In this document: piece after piece, positions 21,160 to 34,120 of the stretch
Layout of the letters: each line of letters begins with the position of its first letter
Position numbering within the stretch: the first letter of the stretch is position 1
Assembly (NCBI GenBank): GCA_963769935.1
Contig: CAVYNY010000010.1
Span: 576,001 to 640,000, forward strand
DNA length: 64,000 bases
Source of the DNA: an uncultured delta proteobacterium
GTDB taxonomy: Bacteria; Desulfobacterota; Desulfobacteria; Desulfobacterales; JAFDCJ01
Direction: 5' to 3'
Translations under genes and position numbers: made by a program
Notes under the pieces: generated by a model
What the model was told of the DNA's origin: nothing
The model's database searches: none
Seen by the model: the letters and a program-made list of their open reading frames with translations, nothing else

Positions 21160-22020
21160 TCACTGGAAACTTTTAAATATCTGGGTTATGCCCAGATATC
21201 GATTATAGACATAGACGATGATACCCAGCAGACCCAGGAGGACGACGCTGATGGCCGAACCGAACGGCCAGTCCAGCGTGCCGATAATCCGCTTGAAGAT
21301 CAGGTTGGCGATCATGTCGTTTCCCGGGCCGCCTAAAATCATGGGGGACAGGTAGGTCCCGGCCGTCAAGACAAATACCAGCAGACAGCCGGCACTCACC
21401 CCCGGCAGGCTGAGCGGAAGGGTGACCTCCCGGAATGCCTGCCATTCGGTGCAGCCCAGGCTTTTCGCGGCTTCGAGCAGACTTTTGTCGATTCCCTCCA
21501 GGCTCACATAAATATTCAGGATCATGAAAGGCAGCAGGTACTGGACCAGTCCCAAAATAACCGAACCCTCGTTGTAGAGCATAGCGAGGGGACTGGACAG
21601 AATACCGAATTTGATCATCAGGTAGTTGAACAGGCCCGTGTCGCCCAGGATATTGACCCAGCTCATGGTCCGGATGATGAAACTGATCCAAAAAGGCAGC
21701 ATGATGAGCAAAAGCAGAAAAGATTTGTGTCTGGTACTGCTGCGGTAGAAAAAATAGGCCGGAATGTAGCCCATTAGCAGGCATATCATCACCGTTTCCA
21801 GCGAAACGCGGATCGTTCGGATAAGAATGGAGGGATAGAAAAAATCCGCGAAGAACTTGGCGTAGTTGCCGAACTGAAACGCCGGAATATCCGCCCCCGT
21901 GGGCGCCCGCAGCCAGAAGCTGTAAACCACGATAAAACACACCGGAATCACCAGCAGGAAAATGACGGCGCTCAATGCGGGCGACAGCAGGCCCCACGGT
22001 TTCCAGATTTTATGCTGCAT
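21160..22020 (-). CDS. PotB-like ABC permease
   Basis: LPFWISFIIR, LLEAAKSLG, ILGGPG, WPFGSA. Confidence 0.92.
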   Translation of the reverse strand: MQHKIWKPWGLLSPALSAVIFLLVIPVCFIVVYSFWLRAPTGADIPAFQFGNYAKFFADFFYPSILIRTIRVSLETVMICLLMGYIPAYFFYRSSTRHKSFLLLLIMLPFWISFIIRTMSWVNILGDTGLFNYLMIKFGILSSPLAMLYNEGSVILGLVQYLLPFMILNIYVSLEGIDKSLLEAAKSLGCTEWQAFREVTLPLSLPGVSAGCLLVFVLTAGTYLSPMILGGPGNDMIANLIFKRIIGTLDWPFGSAISVVLLGLLGIIVYVYNRYLGITQIFKSFQ

Positions 22021-22143
22021 AAGAATTCCCTTGGATTGGACAAATTAACATCAGCAATCGGACAAATACTTTATAAGGGCGGGATTATCCTTATGGGTAA
22101 TTTATTACCCTTAGAAAATGTCGGGTTTAATGTCAAGGGTTAT

Positions 22144-22857
22144 TCAGCTCAGCAGCCCTCCCCCATCGACATCGATGACCGCACCCGTGATAAAGCTGTT
22201 GGCCATAAGTTCAACTGCGACGGTGGCAATATCGGAAGGATGCCCCACCCGTTTCAGCGGCAGGCTCCGGGCCACATTGGCGAACATATCTTCGCGGGCC
22301 TGTTGGGGCATGCCGAGATAGGCGCCGGTATCGCGTGTCATGCCCGGAGAAATAACGTTGACCCGGACGGGGGCGAGTTCGACCGCCAGGGCTTTGCCCA
22401 AGGTTTCCACCGCGGAATTAATGCCAGCCAGAATGGGCGAGCCTTTGTCGGGCCGTCGACTCAGGATGCCGGAAAACAAAATAATTGATCCAGCGGGATT
22501 TATTTCAGCTTCTTTGACGGCGAGGTAGGGACCGAAGAATTTGCTGTCCATCGACGACTTCGCCTCTGAGAGAGCAAGCTCTTTTAGCGGGCCTGTCCTT
22601 ACGGAACTGCCCGGAATGGCCAGGTGATCAATGGGTCCCACCGAAGCAAACAGATCTTTGACGGAGGACTCATCGGTAAAATCCACCACTTGCCGCTGGA
22701 CATCCGCCCCGATTTTATCACAGGCCGCCTTGAGTTTAGACTCCGAGCGGCTTGCGATAATCACCCGGGCACCCTCATGGTGCGCCGCATCAGCAATCGC
22801 CAGCCCCATACCGGAGCTGCCGCCAATGACGAGTACTTTTTTATCTCTTAACCGCAT
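22144..22857 (-). CDS. SDR-family oxidoreductase
   Basis: GGSSGMG, ELAPVRVNVISPG, VDGG. Confidence 0.9.
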   Translation of the reverse strand: MRLRDKKVLVIGGSSGMGLAIADAAHHEGARVIIASRSESKLKAACDKIGADVQRQVVDFTDESSVKDLFASVGPIDHLAIPGSSVRTGPLKELALSEAKSSMDSKFFGPYLAVKEAEINPAGSIILFSGILSRRPDKGSPILAGINSAVETLGKALAVELAPVRVNVISPGMTRDTGAYLGMPQQAREDMFANVARSLPLKRVGHPSDIATVAVELMANSFITGAVIDVDGGGLLS

Positions 22858-22889
22858 GATTTTCTCCTTTTTATTTTAGTTGATCGAGC

Positions 22890-22918
22890 TTGACATCCTG
22901 TCCCTGTTTTGCCATATT
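22890..22918 (+). promoter_or_regulatory. Candidate sigma70 promoter facing the TPP enzyme gene
   Basis: TTGACA-17 bp-CATATT with an extended TG; it lies ~500 bp upstream of the gene. Confidence 0.4.
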
Positions 22919-23210
22919 CACAAACAATCAGCTTAATGAGAAAAGGTTTCAGGTTTCAGCATAGCCGCAGGCTATCGAAGTTAACCTGCCTTGCACGGTA
23001 GGGCGGCCAGTTTGATTTGAGAAGCAATTCGCGTCTTTCATTTCCGCCAGGGAAGGATCCTGCGGGTCACTGATCCGACCGGGCAGAGTTTCATACGAAG
23101 TTTGAATCTTTCTCTGCCATCCGAACTCACGGTGCTGACATCTGTCATCTGTCTTCTGTTTTCTTTCCCCAGAGATCTCATATGAAAATTCATTTATAGC
23201 GACCGATTTC

Positions 23211-23264
23211 GTAGGGCGGGCCTCCGTGCCCGCCGAAATGGGTCGGCACGGAGGCCGACCCTGC
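23211..23264. repeat. REP-like doublet (GTAG-type)
   Basis: gtagggcgggcctccgtgcccgcc ... ggcacggaggccgaccctgc. Confidence 0.7.
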
Positions 23265-23422
23265 GCCAGCGTCAAACCAAAGTTTCTTTTATGATCAGAC
23301 CGGCATTTGGTTTAGCCGGCGGCGGCGCTGACATCTGAAACCACAAATATCAAGCATCCAACAATATCGACCACAAATCGTCGGCACCGCACAGCTGGCT
23401 GACGTGAGAAAGGACCAAAGCA

Positions 23423-25129
23423 ATGTACCACGAATCATCAGCCGCAACTGTTGCCGAAGCCTACCTTGAACTGCTGGCCTCCCGCGGCATAAAATATTTT
23501 TTCGGCAACAGCGGCACCGATTTTGCACCCATTATTGAGGCCTTTGCCAAACGCATAGCAGAGGGCAATCAGGCAATTATTCCCATTACCGTGCCGCACG
23601 AGATCACCGCCGTTGCCATGGCGCATGGGTACACGATGATAACCGGCCAACCGCAGGTGGTCATGGTGCATGTGATTGTGGGAACGGCCAACGCGCTGGG
23701 CGGCATCATCAATGCCGCCAGGGTCCACGTACCGATTTTTTTCACCGCCGGCCGAACGCCGTTGACCGAACAGGGGCCTGTCGGCACCCGCGACCTGGGA
23801 ATCCACTGGGCCCAGGAGTCCTTCGACCAGGGCGCGATGGTACGGGAGTTCGTAAAATGGGACTACGAGCTGCGGCTGGCATCGCAACTGGAAACCGTGG
23901 TGGATCGCGGGCTGGCCATCGCCCAGAGCGAACCGTCCGGCCCCGTCTATCTCACCCTGCCGCGGGAAGTGCTGGCAGAAAGCCTAGCGGGCTTTCAATA
24001 CGCCCAGCCTTCACGGATAAAAAGCGCTTCAGCAACCGTGCCGGATGCCGCTGCCGTCCGACAAGCCGCTGAAGCTCTTGCTGCCGCCCGCAACCCGCTG
24101 GCTGTGGTTCAATCCCTCGGCCGCAGGCCGCAGGCCGTCGCAGCGCTGGTCGATCTGGCGGAAACAATAGGGCTGCCGATTGTTGAACAATGGCACACTC
24201 ATGTAAACTTTCCCCAGGACCATTTCCTGCATGCCGGCTACGATCCGATGCCGTACCTGCAGGAAGCCGACCTGATCCTGGTAATCGAGTCAGATGCGCC
24301 GTGGTTCCCCCACTATTCAGCACCGCCGCCCGAGACAACCGTTATCCAGATCGGACTGGACCCGCTGTTTTCAGACTATCCGCTGCGCGGCTTTGCTTCG
24401 GATATCACACTGGCCGGAATACCGCACCATACGCTGCGCGCCCTGAAAGAAGCGCTGCTGTCGATCGGTCTGGATGCCGCAACGGTCAATGCCAGGTGCG
24501 AACGCTGGCGGGAGCGGAATTCAGCGCAGCGCAGATCCTGGCAGGATAAAACCGAATCGATCCAAAACAGCGACCCCATCGATATGGGCTGGGTTTCCGC
24601 CTGTATCGGCCGGCGGCTGGACGATCGAACCATTGTCGTCAATGAATACGATCTGGATCCCACCCAGACCTGTTTCACGCGTCCCGGCACGTATTTTCGG
24701 CATTCACCCTCCGCCTCCCTGGGATGGGGGTTGGGTGCCGCACTGGGAGCAAAGCTTGCGAAACCGGATCATAAGGTCATCTGCTGCGTCGGCGACGGCG
24801 CCTACATCTTCGGCGTGCCGGCAGCCGTCCATCACGTCGCCCGGGCCAACCGCCTGCCGGTCCTGTTCATCGTCTTTAACAACGGCTACTGGAATGCCTC
24901 CCGTCAAACCGCCTTTAATTTTGCTCCCGACGGCTATGCAGCCAGAGCGCAATCCGTGCCCCTGTGTGAAATCAAACCCTCGCTGGAATATGAAAAAATC
25001 TGCCAGGCCGCCGGAGGCTACGGCGAGCGCGTCACCAAGGCTGCCGACCTGCCGGCGGCCATCGACCGGGCCCTGGCGGCCATCGAATCCGAAAACCGCC
25101 AGGCCTTGTTAAACGTCATCTGTAAGTAG
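23423..25129 (+). CDS. Thiamine-pyrophosphate-dependent enzyme (acetolactate synthase / benzoylformate decarboxylase-like)
   Basis: FGNSGTD, PHE, GPVYLTLP and TPP motif GDGAY...NN. Confidence 0.9.
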   Translation: MYHESSAATVAEAYLELLASRGIKYFFGNSGTDFAPIIEAFAKRIAEGNQAIIPITVPHEITAVAMAHGYTMITGQPQVVMVHVIVGTANALGGIINAARVHVPIFFTAGRTPLTEQGPVGTRDLGIHWAQESFDQGAMVREFVKWDYELRLASQLETVVDRGLAIAQSEPSGPVYLTLPREVLAESLAGFQYAQPSRIKSASATVPDAAAVRQAAEALAAARNPLAVVQSLGRRPQAVAALVDLAETIGLPIVEQWHTHVNFPQDHFLHAGYDPMPYLQEADLILVIESDAPWFPHYSAPPPETTVIQIGLDPLFSDYPLRGFASDITLAGIPHHTLRALKEALLSIGLDAATVNARCERWRERNSAQRRSWQDKTESIQNSDPIDMGWVSACIGRRLDDRTIVVNEYDLDPTQTCFTRPGTYFRHSPSASLGWGLGAALGAKLAKPDHKVICCVGDGAYIFGVPAAVHHVARANRLPVLFIVFNNGYWNASRQTAFNFAPDGYAARAQSVPLCEIKPSLEYEKICQAAGGYGERVTKAADLPAAIDRALAAIESENRQALLNVICK

Positions 25130-25216
25130 TTAATTAATCCTGACATTGCTTTTTGGTCTATACACAAACATAATTATCCCATAGCTGTTTTCAACCTGAA
25201 TAACAGGAGGATTGCC

Positions 25217-25360
25217 GTGATTCATGGATATGCAACCCCAAGAGCGACCGAAGCACTTATGCAGAAGCTTCCGATGGCGTGCAGCCGCCTGGGTATGACG
25301 CAGCTGACCGTGGGCCAGGCTGGTTTCGGGTGTTATCGAGTGAGTGTGGGAGTGGCCCAT
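25217..25360 (+). pseudogene. Aldo/keto reductase, N-terminal fragment
   Basis: AGGAGG RBS, GTG start; MIHGYATPRAT..SRLGMTQLTVGQAGFGCYRVSVGVAH (AKR LGxTxLxVSxxGFG start), then an abrupt junction. Confidence 0.7.
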
Positions 25361-25530
25361 GGGATGCCCGGGTGAGAGCCGGCAAGAGCGCACTTCCTCA
25401 GCCGCTGCCCTTAATTCTCGGATCGGATTTGGCAGGGGTTGTCGAAGAGGTCGGTCCGGGTGTTTCCGGCGTTCGCTCGGGTGATGAAATATTCGGCGTC
25501 ACGAATTCACAGTTTACCGGCGGCTACTGC
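25352..25530 (+). pseudogene. Internal fragment of an MDR/quinone oxidoreductase
   Basis: GPWDARVRAGKSALPQPLPLILGSDLAGVVEEVGPGVSGVRSGDEIFGVTNSQFTGGY, lacking both ends. Confidence 0.75.
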
Positions 25531-26397
25531 TTGGTCGAGTGCAGGGATCTTACGCTAAAGCGATGCGCATTCCGACACTGCCCATGGGCGGCTTGATTGA
25601 GGTGTGGCCTGTTGAGCATGTATCCTGAGATTCAAAACTCGAAAATCTATGGTAAGGTGATAGGTAAGGATTCCTCCCAGGTTGAGACCAAGTCACAAAA
25701 TCTATATTCGTTTCAAAAATTCTGAGATTATGAATACCACAACCGGAAAGCTGTGATACCGAGGCGGCCCAGCGGTATATGGGATGCGGCTTCCGTTTTC
25801 TGCTCGTCGCTCCTCCTGACTGTTAGCTGGCAAAAGCCGTAAACGGAGAAAATATTGCTGTCTTAAATATTTTAGATGCATATGCTCATCCCAATTTTTA
25901 AATGGGGTGCATCATGTATATTTACAGAAAACAGATAGTACCAGCTAAATGCCCTAAAAGCAGCCTCAAATATTTTGATGTTCGCCATCAGATTTATCGG
26001 CCTTCCGACACATGCCCGGACGATTAGCGCATGACGTTGCTCTCACTCTCAAAATAGTGGCTGGGAAGAGCCTTTTTTATTCACCGTCCTGGTGGTCACG
26101 GCTTTTGCAGTTGCGATCTATTTCCGTGACTTGGCCGATTCCGGCGATCGCTCCTTTACCGGATAGTCTATCTGCCGCCAACACATCTTTACGAAAGGTA
26201 CAGTCCGTTATGGGGTAAAATACAGGATCTTACCTATTTACCCGCTCGTCCCTATTTCGTAATATATAGAGACAAAGCATGGTATTAAACATTCACGGGA
26301 GCCAACCGATTGGGGGCCCCCCTTAGTCTCCTGCACCACATCCGGGTGCCTGGTTTTCGGGGAGAAGAGATATGAGGACCAGGCGGGAGGGAAAATC

Positions 26398-26712
26398 CTG
26401 AAGCTCTTGGCCAAAGATATCGGCGTCAGCAGGACATAGCTGGGTCTGTATGCCTCCAAGAGCGGTGTCCGCCAACCCATCGCCCAGGCGGAGTTCTATA
26501 GTGCCAACTCATTAGGCCTGGATGAGATGGTGCGCGAATTTCTGAAGCAAACCACCCACCCAGCGGATCTCCATACCATCAACCCCGGTCGACCTGTCCC
26601 CCCAGGGCGCCGCCGCGGTGGCCGCTCCGGGAAGCGGTCTGGGTGAAGCGTTGTCCATGTGGATTACAACGGAACCGAGAGTAGCGCCTGCTCCTCGGAG
26701 GACGGTTCGGCG
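26398..26712 (+). pseudogene. glk: Glucokinase remnant
   Basis: LLAKDIGVSRT*LGLY..AQAEFYSAN..MVREFL resembles the Glk N-terminus LAGDIGGT. It is joined to [25 protein letters not shown] (APGTGLG and SEGGH motifs), with a stop, frameshifts and an internal deletion. Confidence 0.65.
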
Positions 26713-26742
26713 TGGAATCAACAAATCTGTGGAGGAGGAAAA

Positions 26743-27240
26743 AATGGCACGTCATCTCGATATGGATCAGCGGGCGATCAACACTATCCGCACCCTGGCC
26801 ATCGACGCCATCCAGAAGGCGAATTCCGGCCACCCGGGCACACCCATAGACGCGGCGCCTACCGCCTACACCCTGTGGCAGCGGTTCCTGCGCTACGACC
26901 CTGACAACCCCAAATGGATCAACCGCGACCGCTTTGTGCTGAGCGGCGGCCATGCGTCCATGCTGCTCTTCAGCCTGATCTACCTGGCGGGGATCAAGGC
27001 CGCCGATCCATCTTACGAGCAAGTCGGTCGGGAAGCCGTCACGCTGGACGACATAAAAAATTTTCGGCAGGGGGGCCGCCGTTGCCCGGGCCACCCGGAG
27101 TACGGCTGGACGTCGGGCGTGGAGACCACCACCGGCCCGCCGCGTTGATCTGCACCCGGCAAGCCCTTCCCGTTATCGACCGCAGCAAGTTCGCTGCAGC
27201 CGGCGGTTTGGCCAAGGGAGCCTATGTGCTGGCCGACTGT
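26743..27240 (+). pseudogene. tkt: Transketolase, collapsed by a large internal deletion
   Basis: [50 protein letters not shown] is joined out of frame to a late segment, [26 protein letters not shown]. Confidence 0.88.
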
Positions 27241-27272
27241 TGGAGAATCTATATTTTCAAAGGAGGACAACC

Positions 27273-28305
27273 ATGCAATTGGGAATGATTGGCGCGGGGC
27301 GCATGGGTGGCAACATGGCAATCCGTTTGATGAAGGCCGGCCACACCTGTGTTGTTTATGCCCGCCGTGAAGAAACCATAAAGGAGTTAGTGAAACAAGG
27401 CGCCAAAGGCACAACCGACCTGAAGGAGTTCGCCGCGAATGCTGGCCAAGCCGCGGGCCGTATGGCTGATGGTGCCGGCCGCCGCGGTGGACAAGGTTTT
27501 GGATGATTTGGCTTCGTTGCTGGAACCGGGCGACCTCGTGGTAGATGGCGGAAACTCTTACTATCACGACGACATTCGCCGGGCTGTCGCTTTGAAGGAA
27601 AAACGCATCCAATATGTGGACGTAGGCGTCAGCGGCGGTGTTTGGGGGCTGGAACGGGGCTACTGCATGATGATCGGCGGCGAGATCGAAGCCGTCCAGC
27701 GTCTAGACCCCATATTTAAGGCACTGGCGCCCGGCGTGGCAGAAGCCCCGCGCACCCCCGGCCGCACCGGGGAGCCGACTCCCGCTGAAAACGGCTATCT
27801 GCATTGCGGCCCCAGCGGCGGCGGGCACTTTGTCAAAATGGTCCACAATGGCATCGAATACGGGATCATGGCAGCCTTCGCCGAAGGCCTGAATATTATC
27901 AAGAGTGCCGACATCGGAAGCCGTCGGCAGGAGGTGGATGCGGAAACCACACCGCTGCGTCATCCCGAGTTGTACCAATACGAATTCAATCTGCCGGATG
28001 TGGCCGAAGTATGGCGGCGCGGCAGCGTTATCGGCGCCTGGCTGCTGGATTTGACGGCCGGCGCCCTCTACAAAAATCCGGACCTGGCCAAGTTCGCCGG
28101 CCGGGTATCCGATTCGGGCGAAGGGCGCTGGACCTTGCAGGCCGCGGTTGACGAAGGTGTTCCCGCCCCCGTCATCAGCTCGGCGCTCTTCAGCCGCTTC
28201 AGTTCCCGGGGCATGAATGATTTTGCCGACAAAATCCTCTCGGCCATGCGCTACGAATTCGGCGGCCACCTGGAAAAGACCCGGGAAAAAACAGGAGGCG
28301 GCTGA
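27273..28305 (+). pseudogene. gnd: 6-phosphogluconate dehydrogenase (short type), frameshifted near 27438
   Basis: MQLGMIGAGRMGGNM in one frame; [35 protein letters not shown] in the next. One extra base at gcg-aatg-ctg. May be a sequencing error. Confidence 0.85.
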
Positions 28306-29688
28306 TGGCGGTTTCAAGTTCAGATACACTGGTCTTTTTCGGCGCTACGGGCGACCTGGCCTACAAGCAGATCTTCCCGTCTCTTCAGGGGTTGATTCGA
28401 GACGGTCTAAATGTGCCCATCATTGGGGTGTCCCGATCCGGGTCCCTTGACAAACTCAAGGAGCGCGCCAGGGATAGCCTGCAGCACCATGGCAGCCTGG
28501 ATCAGGAGGCTTTCCAGAAACTGACGGAACTGTTGCGCGCCGTTCAGGGCGACTATAATGACCCGGCGACATATCAAAAACTGCGCCAGGAATTGGGAAA
28601 GGCAGAAAGGCCGTTGTATTACCTGGCCATCCACCCGACTATGTTCGCCGAGGTGGTTGAGGGGCTGGCCAAATCGGGCTGCGACGCCAGCGCCAGGGTG
28701 GTGCTTGAAAAACCCTTCGGTCGGGACCTGGCCTCCGCGCAGGAGTTGAACAAAATCCTCCACCGCTGCTTCCCGGAAGAGGCCATCTACCGTATCGACC
28801 ACTATCTGGGCAAAGAGCCGGTCCAGAATATCCTCTACACTCGCTTTGCCAATCCTGTTTTTGAGCCGATCTGGAATCGCCACCACGTGCGCAGTATTCA
28901 GATCACCATGGCGGAGGCCTTTGGCGTGGAGGACCGCGGCAAATTCTATGAGGAGGCCGGCGCTATCCGGGATGTCCTGCAAAACCATATGCTGCAAGTG
29001 CTTGCCAGCTTAACCGTGGACCCACATACCAGCAGGGAACATGAATCGGTCCGGGATGAAAAAGCCCGGTTGCTAAAAGCTATTTCTCCCCTGAAGCCTG
29101 AGGATGTTGTGCGCGGCCAGTATAATGGTTACCTTTCCGTGCCCGGGGTTAGCTCCGGTTCCACGGTGGAGACCTTCGTGGCTGTAAAGGTGGCCATCGA
29201 CAACTGGCGGTGGGCCGGAGTCCCCATCTTCATCCGCTGCGGTAAAAAGTTGGCCTTGACCTGCACAGAGATGATGGTTGAGTTCAAACGCCCGCCCCGT
29301 GAGACCTTCGGGGAAATCGTGCCGGTCCTCTCCAGTCATATGCGCATGCGCATCAGTCCGGACATCACCATCTCCATGGGACTGCGGGTAAAAAAACCGG
29401 GAGAACGGATGGCGGGCCAGGATGTGGAATTGACCTTCGTCCGCCAGGCTGCCGAATACAAGCCGCCGTATCAGCGTATGCTGGGTGATGCCATGCGCGG
29501 CTTCCGCCGAGCTTTTTACCCGGCAGGACAGCATCGAGGCCCAATGGCGGGTGGTGGACGGAATACTGGACAACGAGACGCCCTTGTATACCTACGAGCC
29601 GGGAACCTGGGGACCGGCAGAGGCCTACCAGCTCATCGGCAAACACGGGCCTTGGCTCAACCCACGGCCGCCGGAAAGCAAGCCATGA
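28305..29688 (+). pseudogene. zwf: Glucose-6-phosphate dehydrogenase, frameshifted near 29502
   Basis: GATGDLA, EKPFG, RIDHYLGKE. The native C-terminus (ELFTRQDSIEAQWRVVD..YEPGTWGP) is in another frame (ORF 29485-29688). May be a sequencing error. Confidence 0.85.
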
Positions 29689-30359
29689 CTGAAAAATATG
29701 AAAATGTATTCCTGTTCGACGTCGACAATACGCTGCTGAACAACGACCACGTGGTGCGGGATCTGAGCCAGCATCTCAGCAGTTACTTGGGCATCCAGGC
29801 CCACGACCGGTTTTTCCAGATTTTTGAAGAGCTGCGCCGGGAGCTCGGCTATGCCGACTACCTGGGGGCCCTCGAACGGTACCGGCTCGAGGCCTTGCAT
29901 GATCCAAGGGTGCTCAGGATATCCTGCTGGCTGGTGGACTATCCTTTTGCGCAGCGTCTCTACCCCAATGCGCTGGACGTCGTTGAGCACGTGCGCAGCT
30001 GGGGGGTGCCGGTAATCCTGTCGGACGGCGACGCGGTCTTCCAGCCCCGCAAAATCGATCGTTCCGGGCTGTGGGAGGAATTTAACGACAATGTGCTCAT
30101 CTATGTCCACAAAGAGAACATGTTGCCAAACGTGGAGACGCACTATCCTGCTCAACATTACGTGATGGTGGACGACAAGCTGCGCCTCCTGGCGGCCATC
30201 AAAAAGATCTGGGGAAACCGCGTGACCACCGTGTTTGTCAAGCAGGGCCACTACGCCAACGAACCCGGGGTTCTGGACCGCTATCCACCCGCCGACATCC
30301 ACCTGGACCGTATCGACAAACTGCTGGACTGCGATCAGGCGGCGTTCTCGAAAGCATAA
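29685..30359 (+). CDS. HAD-family hydrolase
   Basis: ATGA overlap with the zwf stop; FLFDVDNTL, ILSDGD, MVDDK. Confidence 0.85.
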   Translation: MTEKYENVFLFDVDNTLLNNDHVVRDLSQHLSSYLGIQAHDRFFQIFEELRRELGYADYLGALERYRLEALHDPRVLRISCWLVDYPFAQRLYPNALDVVEHVRSWGVPVILSDGDAVFQPRKIDRSGLWEEFNDNVLIYVHKENMLPNVETHYPAQHYVMVDDKLRLLAAIKKIWGNRVTTVFVKQGHYANEPGVLDRYPPADIHLDRIDKLLDCDQAAFSKA

Positions 30360-30375
30360 ATATAGGAGACAGTAC

Positions 30376-31458
30376 ATGAAAGCAACCAAACAATTACACG
30401 ATCTGGGACAAAGTCTCTGGCTCGACAACATCACCCGCGAACTGCTCACCAGCGGCACGTTGAAGCGCTATATCGATGAGCTGTCGGTTACCGGCTTAAC
30501 CTCCAACCCCACTATCTTCGATCACGCCATTACCCACAGCTCAGCCTATGACGAAGAGGTTCGCCGTCTGGCGAGGCTCGGCCATTCGGGTGAGGCCCTA
30601 TTTTTCGAGCTGGCCCTGGAGGATCTGACGCAGGCCGCGGATATGTTTGCGCCTGTTTACGAGCTAACCGCCGGCATTGACGGCTGGGTATCCCTGGAAG
30701 TATCGCCCCTGCTGGCCCACGATGCCAAAAGCACGGTAGTCGAGGCCAAAGCGCTTCACCGAAAAGCCGGGCGGCCCAACCTGTTCATCAAAATTCCCGG
30801 CACCAAAGAAGGCGCGGCGGCCATCGAGGAAGCCATCTTCTGTGGTGTGCCCGTCAACGTGACGCTGCTCTTTTCAAGGGAACACTACCTGAATGCGGCG
30901 GAGGCCTACATGCGAGGCTTGGAGCGGCGCATCGCAGCCGGTCTGTGCCCTGATGTGCATTCGGTGGCCTCGCTCTTTATCAGCCGTTGGGACAAGGCCA
31001 CCGAGGAGAGGGCGCCCGACGGCATGCGCAATGCGCTGGGCATCGCCATCGGTCTGCAGACATACAAAGCCTACCGGGACCTGCTGGACTCCGACCGGTG
31101 GCAGCGATTGGCGCATCGGGGCGCCCGATCCCAGCGTCTCCTCTTCGCCAGCACCGGCACCAAGGACCCCGCAGCGTCCGACGTGCTCTATATCGGCGCC
31201 CTGGCTGCTCCCAATACGGTGAACACCATGCCCGAGAAGACTCTTTTGGCCTTTGGCGATCATGGGCAGGTGAACGGAGCTCTGCCGCGCGATGGCGGCG
31301 ATGCCGAGCAGGTGCTGGAAAGGTTCGCCAAGGCAGGGGTCGATATAGTCAAGCTGGCCGCCGATCTGCAAGAGGAGGGGGCCAAGTCCTTTGAAGCGTC
31401 GTGGCAGAACCTTCTGAACACCATTGAGACGAAGACCAAGAGCTTAAAATCAGCCTAA
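30376..31458 (+). CDS. tal: Transaldolase
   Basis: AGGAG RBS; GQSLWLDNI, GLTSNPTIF, VSLEVSP, IKIPGT, NVTLLFS. Confidence 0.95.
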   Translation: MKATKQLHDLGQSLWLDNITRELLTSGTLKRYIDELSVTGLTSNPTIFDHAITHSSAYDEEVRRLARLGHSGEALFFELALEDLTQAADMFAPVYELTAGIDGWVSLEVSPLLAHDAKSTVVEAKALHRKAGRPNLFIKIPGTKEGAAAIEEAIFCGVPVNVTLLFSREHYLNAAEAYMRGLERRIAAGLCPDVHSVASLFISRWDKATEERAPDGMRNALGIAIGLQTYKAYRDLLDSDRWQRLAHRGARSQRLLFASTGTKDPAASDVLYIGALAAPNTVNTMPEKTLLAFGDHGQVNGALPRDGGDAEQVLERFAKAGVDIVKLAADLQEEGAKSFEASWQNLLNTIETKTKSLKSA

Positions 31459-31592
31459 GTGCTTCGATGCGCAATTACAGTGACGTATTTTTCAGCTGAG
31501 AATCGTCAGCAATGCTCACTCAGCACTTAGTCCTGAGTGAGCAAATACGTTATTGCATTTATGAATCGAAGGACTAAGGGAAAGGAATAACA

Positions 31593-33233
<1,641 letters not shown>

Positions 33234-33253
33234 TCTCATCAGGGAATAAAACC

Positions 33254-34009
33254 ATGCCCAAGGTTGCCGTTTATCCAGACAATGCAAGCCTGATCAGCGG
33301 TGCGGCGGATTTGATCATCGAGTCGGCGGCCCAAGCCGTCGCTGCGCGCGGCCGCTTTACGCTGGCTCTCTCCGGTGGCAGCACCCCACGACCGGTCTAC
33401 GCCCGCCTGGCAACGGCGGACTACCGAGACCGGATCGACTGGTCCAAAGTCAAGATCTTTTTTGGGGATGAACGCTGTGTGCCGCCCGACGACCCCCGGA
33501 GCAATTACCTTATGGTCCGGACCGCCCTGCTCGATCAGGTGCCGCTTCCGCCCGATAACATATACCGCATCCGGGGCGAGGAGGCGCCGGAGAAGGCCGC
33601 CGCAGACTACACCGGCGCACTCCGGCGCAACTTCGGGAGTGATGCAGCCGGCGGGGGGCCACCCGCCGAAGGCTTCGACCTGATACTCCTGGGCATGGGA
33701 GACAACGGCCACACCGCCTCCCTCTTTCCAGGCCTGGCTGCCGTGACGGAAACGGTACGCTGGGTTATGGCTGTCTACATAGAGGTCGTGGGCATGTGGC
33801 GGGTCACGATGACACCGGTGATCATCAATGCCGCCCGACAGGTGGCCTTTCTCGTGTCGGGGGCCCAAAAGGCCGAGATGCTGCAGCGGGTTCTTGAAGG
33901 ACCCTACCAGCCGGTGGTGCTGCCGTCCCAGATCATCAAGCCCGTGGCCGGGGAATTGCACTGGCTGCTGGACGCTCCGGCCGCCGCCAAGCTTAGGACG
34001 AAGTCATGA
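33254..34009 (+). CDS. pgl: 6-phosphogluconolactonase
   Basis: LSGGSTP, FGDERCVP, LLGMGDNGHTASLFP. Confidence 0.95.
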   Translation: MPKVAVYPDNASLISGAADLIIESAAQAVAARGRFTLALSGGSTPRPVYARLATADYRDRIDWSKVKIFFGDERCVPPDDPRSNYLMVRTALLDQVPLPPDNIYRIRGEEAPEKAAADYTGALRRNFGSDAAGGGPPAEGFDLILLGMGDNGHTASLFPGLAAVTETVRWVMAVYIEVVGMWRVTMTPVIINAARQVAFLVSGAQKAEMLQRVLEGPYQPVVLPSQIIKPVAGELHWLLDAPAAAKLRTKS

Positions 34010-34120
34010 CCGATGTAGTCCCCGGTTATGCGGCCCGGGTCCGGTACAAACGGCAAGCGGCGGAGCTGCAGCCAAATTCATCCTAACAATATCAGAACTG
34101 ATACCGACCATATTTACCTT

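Noticed and set aside
22920..23420. TPP riboswitch or ncRNA ahead of the TPP enzyme
   Set aside because: No recognisable THI-box core; the region is explained by REP-like and heptamer repeats.
27243..27260. ENLYFQ (TEV protease site) in frame upstream of gnd
   Set aside because: It lies 5' of the AGGAGG RBS and true ATG, is followed by R rather than G/S, and has no tag or vector sequence nearby. Treated as coincidence.
28305..30359. 684-aa Zwf-HAD fusion in the ORF track
   Set aside because: Produced by a +1 frameshift near 29502. The native Zwf C-terminus is in another frame, and the HAD has its own ATG at 29685.
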